Assembly: GCF_002410825.1 (NCBI RefSeq)
Contig: NZ_DHOS01000034.1
Span: forward strand, 90,088 to 154,087
Reading direction: 5' to 3'
DNA length: 64,000 bases
Source of the DNA: Proteiniphilum sp. UBA5384
GTDB taxonomy: Bacteria; Bacteroidota; Bacteroidia; Bacteroidales; Dysgonomonadaceae
Shown: positions 1-8,913 of the stretch, one piece after another
How the letters are laid out: every line of letters starts with the position of its first letter
How positions within the stretch are numbered: the stretch's first letter is position 1
Program-made: the position numbers and the translations under genes
The notes under the pieces: generated by a model
Databases searched by the model: none
Told to the model about the DNA's origin: nothing
What the model saw: only the letters and a program-made list of their open reading frames with translations

Positions 1-4
1 CAGT

Positions 5-607
5 TTGTCGGTATTTGAGTTGCGGACCAAAGCGCGTCGTTTGGTTCGCGAACATGGTGTGCAAATATTGATTATCGACTACTTGCAGTTAATGAATGCG
101 AGTGGTATGAGTTTTGGTAGTCGTGAGCAGGAGGTGAGCATGATCTCCCGTTCATTGAAGGGATTGGCCAAAGAGTTGAATATTCCCATCATCGCACTGT
201 CGCAGTTGAACCGCGGTGTGGAGAACCGCCAGGGAGTGGAAGGTAAAAGACCACAGTTGGCCGACCTACGTGAATCCGGAGCCATAGAGCAGGATGCCGA
301 TATTGTCTGTTTCATTCACCGTCCCGAATATTACCGGATCACTGAAGATGAACGGGGTAACTCTCTGGTGGGTATTGCAGAGATTATTGTGGCGAAACAT
401 CGTAATGGACCTACCGGTATCGCCAGTATGCGGTTCGATAATGAATATGCCCGTTTCCAGAATCTTGACGACTATGCGGTGGGGAGGAATTATGTGGAGC
501 GCCCTTCAAGGATGAACGTCCATTCCAAGCCGGCCGAGTCACCGGCGGATTCCTCTTTTCCCTCATCCGGCCTTGTTCCTCAGGGAAATGACCCATTGCC
601 ATTTTAG
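5..607 (+). CDS. dnaB: Replicative DNA helicase DnaB, C-terminal part (5' end lies outside the window)
   Basis: Motifs IIDYLQL, SQLNR and [13 protein letters not shown]; frame is open from the window start. Confidence 0.97.
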   Translation: MSVFELRTKARRLVREHGVQILIIDYLQLMNASGMSFGSREQEVSMISRSLKGLAKELNIPIIALSQLNRGVENRQGVEGKRPQLADLRESGAIEQDADIVCFIHRPEYYRITEDERGNSLVGIAEIIVAKHRNGPTGIASMRFDNEYARFQNLDDYAVGRNYVERPSRMNVHSKPAESPADSSFPSSGLVPQGNDPLPF

Positions 608-789
608 GATAATCCAAATAATATTTCTATTTTTGTGCGTTAAACGTTCAATTTCATTGGGTGTTTTCTTGCTATGGCATAGTATAAGCAAGTTTATCCT
701 TTGCTCATTTGGCTTAACGAAAACATTCAATTACATAAGTTGTATAAGAACCCCATGTTAATGGGGTAGATATAGATAATATTCTTATT

Positions 790-2778
790 ATGAGTAAAAT
801 ATATGCGGTTCTCCTTCTCTTGTGCGTAACTCTTTTTTCTCTTCCGGCGCAGGATTTGAACTATCAGACTGTAGTGGTGGATGGACAGACCTATTACGAA
901 TATACCGTTCAGTCCGGAGAAGGACTCTATGCCGTATCTCGTATTTTCTCGGTTTCCGTAGCCGATATCTTGCGCCATAACCCCGGTGCGGAGAGAGGCT
1001 TATTGAATGGTCAAAAATTATTGATCCCGGTTAGCGGACAGAACAAGAGAAAGACGGCATCGTTGTCGCGGACTGATGTCTCCCGGGCTTCCCCGTCTCC
1101 GGTACTTGACCAGAATACTACCTTCCCGCATACTGTGGCTATAGGGGAAACCGTATTCAGCATATCTAGGATGTATCATACGACTGTAGATGAAATATAC
1201 CGGCTTAATCCCGGAGCGAGGGAGAAAATCAGTGAAGGACAGGTACTGGTCATTCCTCAACGTCGGGTTATCAGTAAAGAGAAAGAAGAGAACTATCGCT
1301 TTCATACAATACTTCCGAAAGAAACTCTATATTCCGTATCAAGGACCTACTCGTTGAAACCGGAAGACGTGATGCGGGCAAATCCCGGATTATCAGTAGA
1401 AACTTTCCGGATAGGGAAAACCATTCGTATACCATTCTTTGAGTCGTATGAGGTGGTACTGCCCTATGAACAGCAGACCACTAATATCCTTCATAAAGTG
1501 CGGCAAGGCGAGACTCTTTACAGTATAGCCAAGCAATATAATGTGGAAGTGCAGGATATTGAACATTTGAATGCCATACTGTTGGGAGGATTAAAGACCG
1601 ATATGGAAATATTAATTCCTGTAAAGAAAAGTGTAGTGGAAGGAGATTCCGGACCGGGAGCCAATGAAGCAAACCGATTGCTTAGCCGGTCATTTTCTTC
1701 AGAGAAAGTCAATGTAATGAAAGTGGGACTGCTACTCCCGTTTTTGGATGAGACAAAAGGGTCACACCTGCGTCTTCAGGAATATTATGAGGGATTCTTG
1801 CTGGCAGTAGAAAAAATGAAAAATCAAGGAGCCAGTATAGAGTTATTTGTTTTTGAGATTGGTAAGGGAGATGATACCCGGAAATTGAGTAGTTTGCTGG
1901 GTACATTGGAAATGCAATCCCTTAACCTTATTATTGGAGGAGTAAGTGACGCCCAGATCAAGTTGCTTTCTGATTTTTCGATCTCTCATGATATAAAATA
2001 TGTGGTTCCCTTTTCGCAGACCAACGCAGAGGTGCTGAACAATGGAAATATATTCCAGGTGAACCCGATGAAGGAGATGACTTATACGAAAGCTTCTTCG
2101 GTTTTCGTACAGACGTTTCGCAATGAGAATATCATTTTCGTACAGGGCGGCAGCAACGATAAGAATGATTTTGTTTCTTTGCTGCAAAACGACCTTCGAA
2201 AGAATAACGTCAGGTATGAGAATTTGAATACAGCTACAACACTGAGTACTGCCGTTCTTCCCCTGTTAAGCCGAAATAAAGAAAATCTTATTGTTCCCGT
2301 CAGTGGAGATTCTGGCTTTCTCCGCCAGATAATCGATGAATTGAAGAAAGTCCAGGAGTCCGATTCCAGTTTGATTATCACCCTCTTTGGATATCCCGAT
2401 TGGCAGACATATACCAGTCTAAAAAATGATTACGCCTTGTTTGGTACTTATATATTTGCTCCTTTCTTTGTGAATGACCAGGATAACAATGTGGAGGATT
2501 TTAAAACCAACTTCCGTAAATGGTATGGCAGAGACCTATTGGACACTTATCCCAGTTATGGGATGTGGGGATACGATACCGGATTGTTTTTCCTGACAGC
2601 CCTCCAGAGGTATGGTAATCATTTCGAGCATAGTATTGAACAGGTGAAGGTGAATTCACTCCAGTTCCCGTTCCATTTTGTAAGACCCAATAATTGGGGG
2701 GGATTTATTAATTCCGGTTTGTATTTCATAAATTGGGGTGCAAATGATAGGATTATTAAAACTGATAAAAGCCGATGA
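790..2778 (+). CDS. Secreted protein with four LysM repeats and a C-terminal periplasmic-binding-protein-like (LpoA/LppC-like) domain
   Basis: Signal peptide; LysM starts YTVQSGEGLYAVSR, HTVAIGETVFSISR, HTILPKETLYSVSR and HKVRQGETLYSIAK; C-terminal domain begins KVGLLLPF. Confidence 0.85.
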   Translation: MSKIYAVLLLLCVTLFSLPAQDLNYQTVVVDGQTYYEYTVQSGEGLYAVSRIFSVSVADILRHNPGAERGLLNGQKLLIPVSGQNKRKTASLSRTDVSRASPSPVLDQNTTFPHTVAIGETVFSISRMYHTTVDEIYRLNPGAREKISEGQVLVIPQRRVISKEKEENYRFHTILPKETLYSVSRTYSLKPEDVMRANPGLSVETFRIGKTIRIPFFESYEVVLPYEQQTTNILHKVRQGETLYSIAKQYNVEVQDIEHLNAILLGGLKTDMEILIPVKKSVVEGDSGPGANEANRLLSRSFSSEKVNVMKVGLLLPFLDETKGSHLRLQEYYEGFLLAVEKMKNQGASIELFVFEIGKGDDTRKLSSLLGTLEMQSLNLIIGGVSDAQIKLLSDFSISHDIKYVVPFSQTNAEVLNNGNIFQVNPMKEMTYTKASSVFVQTFRNENIIFVQGGSNDKNDFVSLLQNDLRKNNVRYENLNTATTLSTAVLPLLSRNKENLIVPVSGDSGFLRQIIDELKKVQESDSSLIITLFGYPDWQTYTSLKNDYALFGTYIFAPFFVNDQDNNVEDFKTNFRKWYGRDLLDTYPSYGMWGYDTGLFFLTALQRYGNHFEHSIEQVKVNSLQFPFHFVRPNNWGGFINSGLYFINWGANDRIIKTDKSR

Positions 2779-3491
2779 AATCCTTTTTATCTTTTATAGT
2801 CGTCTGTGTGTCTTTCTATTTGAGTACTTTTCCTATTCAGGCTCAGAGAGAAGTATTCAATGGTGAACTATATCTGGGCGCGGGCGCGGGCGCTACTTTT
2901 TCTAAAGTAGATTTTGTTCCCAAAGTGTCGACCGCATTCAAACAGGGAATCTATGGAGGCATAGCCGCAAAGTATATTTCGGAAAGGCATCTTGGACTCT
3001 TAATGGAACTCAATTTAGTTCAACGGGGATGGGAAGAGGATTTTGATACTTCGTCGGGTTTTTCTTATAACAGGACACTCAATTATATCGAAATCCCGTT
3101 TTTAATGCATGTCTACTTTGGCGAAAAGACAAAATTTATTTTCAATGCCGGTCCAAAAATATCATTCCTTGTGGGAGATAATGAAGTAATGAGTCAGTCT
3201 TTGTCTGATTATATGGATCAACAGAGAGCCGATTATCCGGATATGAAAATCGGAATGCAGTATCAAGGAATGAGCGACCCTAAAAAGATGGAATATGGAC
3301 TGGTTGCCGGGTTAGGAATGGCATTTAAAACCGGAATTGGTGATTTTAATCTTGAAGGACGCTATTATTTCGGATTGGGAGATATTTTTCCGGCCCGTAG
3401 TCAGCAAAACGAGGATGATACAGCGTATTTTTCCAGATCGGCATTCCGCATGATTGAAGTAAAACTAACCTATTATGTTCGCATATTTTGA
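2775..3491 (+). CDS. Outer-membrane beta-barrel protein (PorT/OMP_b-brl-like)
   Basis: Signal peptide; amphipathic strands such as LEGRYYFGL; terminal Phe; ATGA overlap with the upstream gene. Confidence 0.8.
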   Translation: MKSFLSFIVVCVSFYLSTFPIQAQREVFNGELYLGAGAGATFSKVDFVPKVSTAFKQGIYGGIAAKYISERHLGLLMELNLVQRGWEEDFDTSSGFSYNRTLNYIEIPFLMHVYFGEKTKFIFNAGPKISFLVGDNEVMSQSLSDYMDQQRADYPDMKIGMQYQGMSDPKKMEYGLVAGLGMAFKTGIGDFNLEGRYYFGLGDIFPARSQQNEDDTAYFSRSAFRMIEVKLTYYVRIF

Positions 3492-3655
3492 TGTGATAAT
3501 GAGGCTGATGTGGTTGATTTAGATTGAAAGGCTGGTAATTGGCAATTTCTTCCACTGTAATCGCCTTCAAATTTTGTATAACTGAAAAAGTATTGTACTT
3601 TTGTTGAACAAAAATAGATGAATATATGTTCATGTATTTGTTTGTTTTGTTCAGT

Positions 3656-4015
3656 ATGATGGATATGCAAAAAGAAATAGGATTGGAAAAGAATAAGATT
3701 GACCGTTCTCAATTTGAAGAGGCGGCATATATTCTGAGGGCACTTGCCAATGAAACTCGTTTATGTGTGGTTATGCAGCTTTCTCAGGTCGGTGAAAAGT
3801 CTGTAACTGAATTGATGGAGCAGATGGATTGTGAACAGTCTTTACTATCGCATCATCTCACCGATATGAGGGCAAAGGGAATCCTCCGTTGCCGCAAAAG
3901 CGGGAAGAATAGTTTTTATTCGCTGACTAATAAGCGATTCTCGAACGTGTTGAAATGTATTATAAGTTGCACGGGAAAGGATGATTTGCTGATCCCGACA
4001 AGTCGGGACGAGTAG
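3656..4015 (+). CDS. ArsR/SmtB family transcriptional regulator (start probably 3656, not 3626)
   Basis: LRALANETRL..., winged-HTH segment EQSLLSHHLTDMRAKGIL; five Cys residues. Confidence 0.9.
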   Translation: MMDMQKEIGLEKNKIDRSQFEEAAYILRALANETRLCVVMQLSQVGEKSVTELMEQMDCEQSLLSHHLTDMRAKGILRCRKSGKNSFYSLTNKRFSNVLKCIISCTGKDDLLIPTSRDE

Positions 4016-4072
4016 TGAGATTTGCTGATGGTAAGAATTTTTTTAAGTAAGAGGGTAATAGATAATAATTAT

Positions 4073-4318
4073 ATGAAATATTTTTTTAAGAAATACTGGT
4101 TGAGGATAGTGGGAATATTGGTCGGATCGTTAGGCGGCTACCTGTATTATTACTATGTGGGATGTGTGAGTGGAACCTGTCCTATTACATCTCGCCCTCA
4201 TACAATGATAATTTACGGCGGACTGATTGGTTATTTCATTTTTGAACTCTTTTCGGGAGGTAACAAGCCGAAGAAAGTAGAAGGGTTATCGGATAAAAGT
4301 ATCAAAAAGAGTAATTAA
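4073..4318 (+). CDS. Small membrane protein, DUF6132-like
   Basis: GGYLYYYYVGCVSGTCPITS between two hydrophobic helices; ATG at 4073 follows an AT-rich stretch. Confidence 0.75.
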   Translation: MKYFFKKYWLRIVGILVGSLGGYLYYYYVGCVSGTCPITSRPHTMIIYGGLIGYFIFELFSGGNKPKKVEGLSDKSIKKSN

Positions 4319-4330
4319 TATTATAAAGCA

Positions 4331-4831
4331 ATGAAAAATAATTTTTTAGTGATGGTAATGGTCCTGATGTTCATAGTGGCTTCATGTGGTAATACTAATA
4401 GGAAAGCCGCTTCAAATAATGGGGACGAAAATACAACAAAAACAGAAAATAATATGACAACATCAACAAAAACAATCCAATTAACGAGGGCCGATTTTTT
4501 GAAAAAGGTGGCCAATTTGGAAGCGAATCCAGACCAATGGATTTATCTGGGAGACAAACCCTGTATCATCGATTTTTATGCCGATTGGTGTGGCCCTTGC
4601 AAGATGATTGCACCTATCCTTGAAGAACTAGCCAATGAGTATGAGGATGAAATTTATATCTATAAAGTGGATACCGAGGCAGAGCAACAATTGGCTGCCG
4701 AGTTTGGTATCCGGAGTATACCCTCTTTGCTTTTTGTGCCGATGGGTGAAGCTCCTCAGATGGCTCAGGGAGCACTCCCGAAAGATGCTTTCAAGCAAGC
4801 TATAGAGGAGGTACTGCTGAAAAAAAACTGA
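4331..4831 (+). CDS. trxA: Thioredoxin with lipoprotein signal
   Basis: WCGPC active site; lipobox IVASC. Confidence 0.92.
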   Translation: MKNNFLVMVMVLMFIVASCGNTNRKAASNNGDENTTKTENNMTTSTKTIQLTRADFLKKVANLEANPDQWIYLGDKPCIIDFYADWCGPCKMIAPILEELANEYEDEIYIYKVDTEAEQQLAAEFGIRSIPSLLFVPMGEAPQMAQGALPKDAFKQAIEEVLLKKN

Positions 4832-4888
4832 TTTTCAATTGTAACGGGTTTTATTCTCATTGAATCCAATTCAATAGTAGGAAAAGTC

Positions 4889-4922
4889 AACGGATGTGCT
4901 TATAAAGGTGTATCCGTTTTTT
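4889..4922 (+). terminator. Intrinsic terminator after the thioredoxin gene
   Basis: AACGGAT...ATCCGTT stem followed by a T run. Confidence 0.7.
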
Positions 4923-4950
4923 ATTGTACATCTTTGGCTTATTTTTTTTG

Positions 4951-4958
4951 TAACTTTG
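4951..4958 (+). promoter_or_regulatory. Bacteroidetes housekeeping -7 promoter box for the U32 gene
   Basis: TAACTTTG matches TAnnTTTG, 23 nt before ATG 4982. Confidence 0.6.
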
Positions 4959-4981
4959 CACTTCCAAATTACAGCTCAGGA

Positions 4982-6250
4982 ATGAAATCTATTCAGGATT
5001 ATGAAATAATGGCGCCGGCAGGATCTTATGAATCGCTGACGGCGGCTATCCAGGGTGGTGCGGATTCCATATACTTCGGTATCGAGGGATTGAATATGCG
5101 TGCCAAATCATCCAATAACTTCACTATTGCCGATTTGCATAATATTGTGGCTATCTGTCGTGATCACAATATAAAAAGCTATCTTACGGTCAATACCATT
5201 ATTTACGACAACGATCTGGTGTTGATGCGAAAGGTGGTGGATGCGGCTAAGGAGGCGAACCTCTCTGCTGTTATCGCAGCTGATGTGGCGGTATTGATGT
5301 ATGCCCGTAGTATTGGTGTGGAAGTGCATTTATCTACTCAATTGAATATTACCAATACCGAATCGCTGAAGTTTTATGCGCAGTTCGCTGACGTAGTGGT
5401 GCTGGCACGGGAATTGAATATGGAGCAGGTAGCATCTATTTACCGGGATATCGTCGGCCAGCAGATCAAAGGGCCGTCGGGTGAATTGATCCGTATCGAG
5501 ATGTTTTGCCATGGTGCCCTGTGCATGGCGGTTTCGGGGAAGTGTTACCTGAGCCTGCATGAAAAGGATCTCTCTGCCAACAGGGGTGCGTGCAACCAGA
5601 TCTGCCGCCGGGGGTATATAGTGAAGGACAAGACCAGCGAGATAGAGTTGGAGGTCGACAATGAATATATCATGTCGCCCAAGGATCTGAAGACCATCCA
5701 TTTCATGAATAAGATGATGGATGCCGGCGTACGGGTATTCAAGATCGAAGGACGCGCAAGAGGACCGGAATATGTACGGGTGGTGACATCCTGTTATAAG
5801 GAGGCAGTAGAGGCGTATTGCAATGATACCTATGCCGAAGAGAAGATTAACGACTGGAATGAACGTCTCTCCACCGTGTTCAACCGCGGATTCTGGGATG
5901 GTTACTATCTGGGGCAGCGGCTGGGTGAATGGACACATCGTTATGGGTCTGGGGCCACCAAACGAAAAGTGTACGTTGGGAAAGCCATTAAACATTTCGG
6001 AAAGCTTGGTGTAACCGAATTTCTTGTGGAAACCCAGTCGGTAAAACCGGGGGATGAGCTGTTAATTACCGGTCCTACCACCGGAGCCGTTTTTCTCACA
6101 GCCGACGATATCAGGGTAGATCTTGTCACTGTATCCGAAGCAGTAAAAGGAGACTATTTTTCTATCAGGACCGATAAAAAAATCCGCCCGAACGACCAAC
6201 TCTATAAGATGGTAGCTGCCAACCGGCACGGGATAGCGCATGAGAGATAG
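4982..6250 (+). CDS. U32 family protein (prephenate-dependent Fe-S RNA hydroxylase type, TrhP/RlhA-like)
   Basis: EIMAPAGS, KIEGR and the Cys cluster HGALCMAVSGKCYLS...RGACNQICR. Confidence 0.9.
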   Translation: MKSIQDYEIMAPAGSYESLTAAIQGGADSIYFGIEGLNMRAKSSNNFTIADLHNIVAICRDHNIKSYLTVNTIIYDNDLVLMRKVVDAAKEANLSAVIAADVAVLMYARSIGVEVHLSTQLNITNTESLKFYAQFADVVVLARELNMEQVASIYRDIVGQQIKGPSGELIRIEMFCHGALCMAVSGKCYLSLHEKDLSANRGACNQICRRGYIVKDKTSEIELEVDNEYIMSPKDLKTIHFMNKMMDAGVRVFKIEGRARGPEYVRVVTSCYKEAVEAYCNDTYAEEKINDWNERLSTVFNRGFWDGYYLGQRLGEWTHRYGSGATKRKVYVGKAIKHFGKLGVTEFLVETQSVKPGDELLITGPTTGAVFLTADDIRVDLVTVSEAVKGDYFSIRTDKKIRPNDQLYKMVAANRHGIAHER

Positions 6251-6276
6251 GAAAGTAGGGCCCTTGAGAGACAGCC

Positions 6277-6873
6277 TCAATCTGTCTGCAAGTAATAAAA
6301 ATTTTCATTGCCGAAACGCAGATCGAACCGGCCATTGGAAAATGTGACCGGTGTATTATCTACAGTAGCCTTAAATGAAAATGTGCCGGATAAGATCACA
6401 CTATCCAGTTCTTTGTCTACATAAAGATTCTGTACCCGTTTGACAGTGAATACTCCCTCCAGTATTTTTAACTCCCTTGGACGTTCCCAGGAGAGGAGGG
6501 AGACTGCGCATTCCGGTCCCGTCAAATTGAATTTTTTACCATTCAAGGAGATCAATTCGATGAATGTGGCAGGTGTATATTCCGGGAGAGATACTACCAA
6601 GGTATGAGCCACTTCCCCCGTGTTACCGGAGAGGTAGATATGACAGGAATCATTTTGCACTACTATTTTTGAAGGATCGTGGCGCATTTGAGTGGTAAAC
6701 GGTGATAGTCCCCAATAGACGCCGAAACTGTTGTATCCTTTTTCCGAATAGATGGGAAGTCCGGGATTTTCGAGGTCTTCAATAAATATTGAGTTGGAAA
6801 TACGATAATCAAAATCGCGGGAACATCCGGTCGTGATGACAAATATGATGATAAAAAGATTGAGATATTTCAT
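6277..6873 (-). CDS. Hypothetical lipoprotein
   Basis: Lipobox TTGC after a hydrophobic signal; 198 aa; no recognised domain. Confidence 0.7.
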   Translation of the reverse strand: MKYLNLFIIIFVITTGCSRDFDYRISNSIFIEDLENPGLPIYSEKGYNSFGVYWGLSPFTTQMRHDPSKIVVQNDSCHIYLSGNTGEVAHTLVVSLPEYTPATFIELISLNGKKFNLTGPECAVSLLSWERPRELKILEGVFTVKRVQNLYVDKELDSVILSGTFSFKATVDNTPVTFSNGRFDLRFGNENFYYLQTD

Positions 6874-6893
6874 GATTGGAACTTTTATGGATT

Positions 6894-7679
6894 TTATTTC
6901 CTGGGAAAAAAATCGACCGGAGTTGTTACCAGGAACTGTACACCTCCGTAGGATTGGTTCGTAAGCAGGGAAAAATTGTTTTTTGTAAAATAAACCGGAG
7001 GAAATACCCCTTCAATGGCAAGTCGTGTCCCGTGCTTTAAAATCAAGCGTAGTCCGATGCTACCATAGGCATAAGAGAAAAAATCAGAGGGTGCCTTTCC
7101 GGCTGTGGAAAGAATATCGTTTTTGTATTTTTCCATCTCTTTCGAAATAAAATCGAGTCCGGTATTCTCGTATACCTTTACTCCAGCCTGCACCCCTCCT
7201 TTCACATAGGTCTGCCAGTTACTAAGACGTCCCCATAATAGTATATCCGCTTCCAGAGGAATACCCACATAGCCCAGGGATTCACTCATTCCGTGCACAC
7301 GGAAAAGTTCCACTCCTTGTGTCGACGGGTGGAACAGGTAAAGTTGAGAATTCATGGATGGGGAGATTCGTTCCTTGATCAGGGTATATCTCAATCCCGA
7401 GGAGAGCGTGACACGATTGTCCCATATGGAAAGTTCCGATTTTAAGCCTGTATAACGCGCATCGCCTCTGCCTGTCACATTTTCATTTCCTGAAAAACTA
7501 TCGTGAGTGGGATGATTCTTTTTGGTTTGACGAAATTCCCACCGGTCATCGATTTTGCCCTCCAGTTCGAAAATGCCATATTCAACGCCGATACGGAAAC
7601 GGGATGATTGTTGTTGCGCTTCTATAGCTAAAGCAGAACAAAGAAAGGCACAAAATGACAGCAATAATAATTTTTTCAT
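6894..7679 (-). CDS. Hypothetical secreted/outer-membrane beta-barrel-like protein
   Basis: Signal peptide; alternating aromatic/Gly strand pattern. Confidence 0.65.
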   Translation of the reverse strand: MKKLLLLSFCAFLCSALAIEAQQQSSRFRIGVEYGIFELEGKIDDRWEFRQTKKNHPTHDSFSGNENVTGRGDARYTGLKSELSIWDNRVTLSSGLRYTLIKERISPSMNSQLYLFHPSTQGVELFRVHGMSESLGYVGIPLEADILLWGRLSNWQTYVKGGVQAGVKVYENTGLDFISKEMEKYKNDILSTAGKAPSDFFSYAYGSIGLRLILKHGTRLAIEGVFPPVYFTKNNFSLLTNQSYGGVQFLVTTPVDFFPRK

Positions 7680-7745
7680 ATTAGAATGTCTGTTTTATCT
7701 TAAGCTCATATTTGTTTGAAGTATGGAAATATGTTTGTATAACAT

Positions 7746-7772
7746 AAGATGCAGAAAGCGGATAAACGTTGC
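7746..7772 (-). promoter_or_regulatory. Candidate ECF-sigma promoter for the 7679/6873 gene pair
   Basis: Minus strand GCAAC-N16-CATCTT about 65 nt upstream of the start; ECF-like -35/-10 geometry (inference). Confidence 0.4.
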
Positions 7773-7815
7773 GCAAGGATGGTTAATAAATATTAATTAA
7801 AGAATTGTGCAATAA

Positions 7816-8246
7816 TCTGTCTTTATAAGGACTGCCGCTCTGTGTCTGGCTGCCACGATGTTGTTTGCCGGTTGTTCCAGTATACTACCTTGATCCAATC
7901 TGAACCCAGTGGGGCAAAAGTATATATGAATGGAGAATATAAGGGGGTTACACCTCTCTCTTATTCTGATACAAAAATTGTGGGAAGTGTGACCTATCTT
8001 ACGTTGGAAAAAGAGGGATATCAGCCCTTTCAGACTTTCTTGTCAAGAAATGAAAGTGCGGACGTGGGAGCCATTATCGGGGGTGTTTTTGTTTTGGTCC
8101 CTTTCCTTTGGACAATGAAGTATAATCCTGTGCATACGTATGAATTACGCCCCATCGCCAATACTTCCCTGACTGGATCCACCCAGCCGGGTATATTGAC
8201 AGATACTGACGGCAACGAGTCTATTTCCTACGTATTGCAAGATTAA
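7816..8246 (+). pseudogene. PEGA-domain lipoprotein, frameshifted near 7882 (pseudogene or sequencing error)
   Basis: One frame reads IRTAALCLAATMLFAGCSS (lipobox) and stops at 7891; the PEGA body TTLIQSEPSGAKVY continues in another frame from 7884. Confidence 0.75.
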
Positions 8247-8295
8247 TCCGCCGCCAATCTCTTTATCTGCAACCGGCTATTAGGAGGCACCGCCA

Positions 8296-8817
8296 TCATT
8301 CCTGTTCCTTGAACCAGCTTGCATACATTAAATAGTTGTTCGCAATCTTTTGATTCATTTCCTTGGATTGTTCCGGATCGACCTTCTTTACAAATCTGGC
8401 CGGTACCCCGGCGTAGATACTGCCGGGTTCCACCTGCGTGCCACTTAATACCACCGAGCCGGCGGCGATGATGGCGCCTTCGCCTACCACAGCATGGTCG
8501 AGCACGATTGCTCCCATCCCAATGAGCGCCCCGTCTTTCACTTCAGCGCCATGGATGACAGCATTATGGCCGACGGATACATCATTGCCAATGATCGATA
8601 CCGATTTCTGATACAATGTATGGATGACTGTACCATCCTGTACATTTACCCTGTCTCCGATACGGATTGAATTTACATCACCGCGCAACACAGCGTTAAA
8701 CCAGATGCTGCAATCACGGCCAATGACTACATCTCCAATGATGGTGGCATTGTCTGCCAAATAAGTGCTTTCGTCGATTCTTGGAGTGAAACCTCGAACT
8801 GATTTTATAAGGGGCAT
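8296..8817 (-). CDS. Gamma carbonic anhydrase family (hexapeptide repeat) protein
   Basis: NVQDGTVIH and VGHNAVIHG metal-binding His residues; left-handed beta-helix repeats. Confidence 0.92.
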   Translation of the reverse strand: MPLIKSVRGFTPRIDESTYLADNATIIGDVVIGRDCSIWFNAVLRGDVNSIRIGDRVNVQDGTVIHTLYQKSVSIIGNDVSVGHNAVIHGAEVKDGALIGMGAIVLDHAVVGEGAIIAAGSVVLSGTQVEPGSIYAGVPARFVKKVDPEQSKEMNQKIANNYLMYASWFKEQE

Positions 8818-8913
8818 GATGTATTAATATGACTAATGAGACTAATATGACCAATAATTGTAATGAACGGTTGTTCAATTGGCACATAGGCATATTGATA
8901 GATTGGCATACTG

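Noticed and set aside
5-607. Intein in DnaB
   Set aside because: The [12 protein letters not shown] region is continuous; no insertion in the visible part.
750-767. ACCCCAT-GTTA-ATGGGGT inverted repeat before the LysM gene
   Set aside because: Single short palindrome with no second copy or linked regulator; cannot be assigned.
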